A DNA stretch of 24,000 nucleotides from an uncultured delta proteobacterium (GTDB taxonomy: Bacteria; Desulfobacterota; Desulfovibrionia; Desulfovibrionales; Desulfovibrionaceae), in NCBI GenBank assembly GCA_903843965.1, contig CAIMRY010000025.1:44622-68621 (forward strand), in the 5' to 3' direction. Below the pieces are notes generated by a model. It was not told the DNA's origin and ran no database searches. It was given only the letters and a program-made list of their open reading frames with translations. Numbering within the stretch: position 1 is the stretch's first letter; every line of letters starts with the position of its first letter. A program made the position numbers and the translations under genes. Positions 23,827 through 24,000 of this stretch are shown here, piece after piece.

Positions 23827-24000
23827 ATGCCGCTTGCGCATCACGCGTCCACAGTCCCCGCATCTGCGGCAAACACCGTCCTGCTCGTGGACGATGAGCA
23901 GGACATCCGCGAACTGCTGGCCCTGTTCCTGGCCGACCTGGGCTTTTGCGTGCTCACCGCCGCAGACGGCGCCCAGGGCCTGGCCCTGTTCAAGACCGCC
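23827..24000 (+). CDS. Response regulator, N-terminal receiver part (continues past the right edge)
   Basis: Not in the track (open at the edge). My translation from the ATG at 23827 (AAGGGGG upstream) reads MPLAHHASTVPASAANTVLLVDDEQDIRELLALFLADLGFCVLTAADGAQGLALFKTA, a typical receiver N-terminus. Confidence 0.7.
   Translation, partial: MPLAHHASTVPASAANTVLLVDDEQDIRELLALFLADLGFCVLTAADGAQGLALFKTA

Noticed and set aside
1-24000. CRISPR arrays, IS elements or transposases, toxin-antitoxin pairs and known anti-phage defence genes
   Set aside because: I scanned both strands by eye. I saw no repeat-spacer periodicity, no terminal inverted repeats flanking a transposase-like ORF, and no nuclease, helicase or ATPase defence signatures. 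A by-eye scan could miss weak or small-scale repeat structure.

Overview
GC-rich bacterial chromosomal window. Its gene content (LpxI-type lipid A pathway, free hemerythrins, Rrf2 regulators, many PAS sensors) suggests a Desulfovibrio-like sulfate reducer, but that is inference only. (1) 1-10668, minus strand: a conserved envelope-biogenesis gene string, lysS-lolC/E-lolD-bamA-skp-lpxD-fabZ-lpxA-lpxI-asmA, partly joined by overlapping stop/start codons. (2) 10858-11294: tRNA-Asn(GTT) with a putative promoter and a good intrinsic terminator, then a small DUF1737-like gene on the minus strand. (3) 11754-19285, plus strand, the most interesting part: a full stressosome set (RsbR-like PAS-STAS with a 4-Cys motif, RsbS, RsbT, RsbX). 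It is translationally coupled to a large PAS-PAS-PP2C phosphatase, followed by a SiaB-like kinase, a SiaC-like DUF1987 phosphoprotein, a class III adenylate cyclase and two hemerythrins. No sigma factor, RsbV or RsbW is present, so the predicted output is a cyclic nucleotide. I am not aware of a characterised system with this wiring, but I could not search any database. (4) 19685-24000, plus strand: a possible ModE-like gene remnant, two paralogous Rrf2 regulators with IscR-like Cys spacing, an AT-rich promoter island, an SQR-like flavoprotein with a DUF1641 partner, and two response-regulator receivers (the last runs off the window). I saw no CRISPR array, transposase or integrase. Many long ORFs in the track are antisense shadow ORFs of this GC-rich DNA and were rejected.
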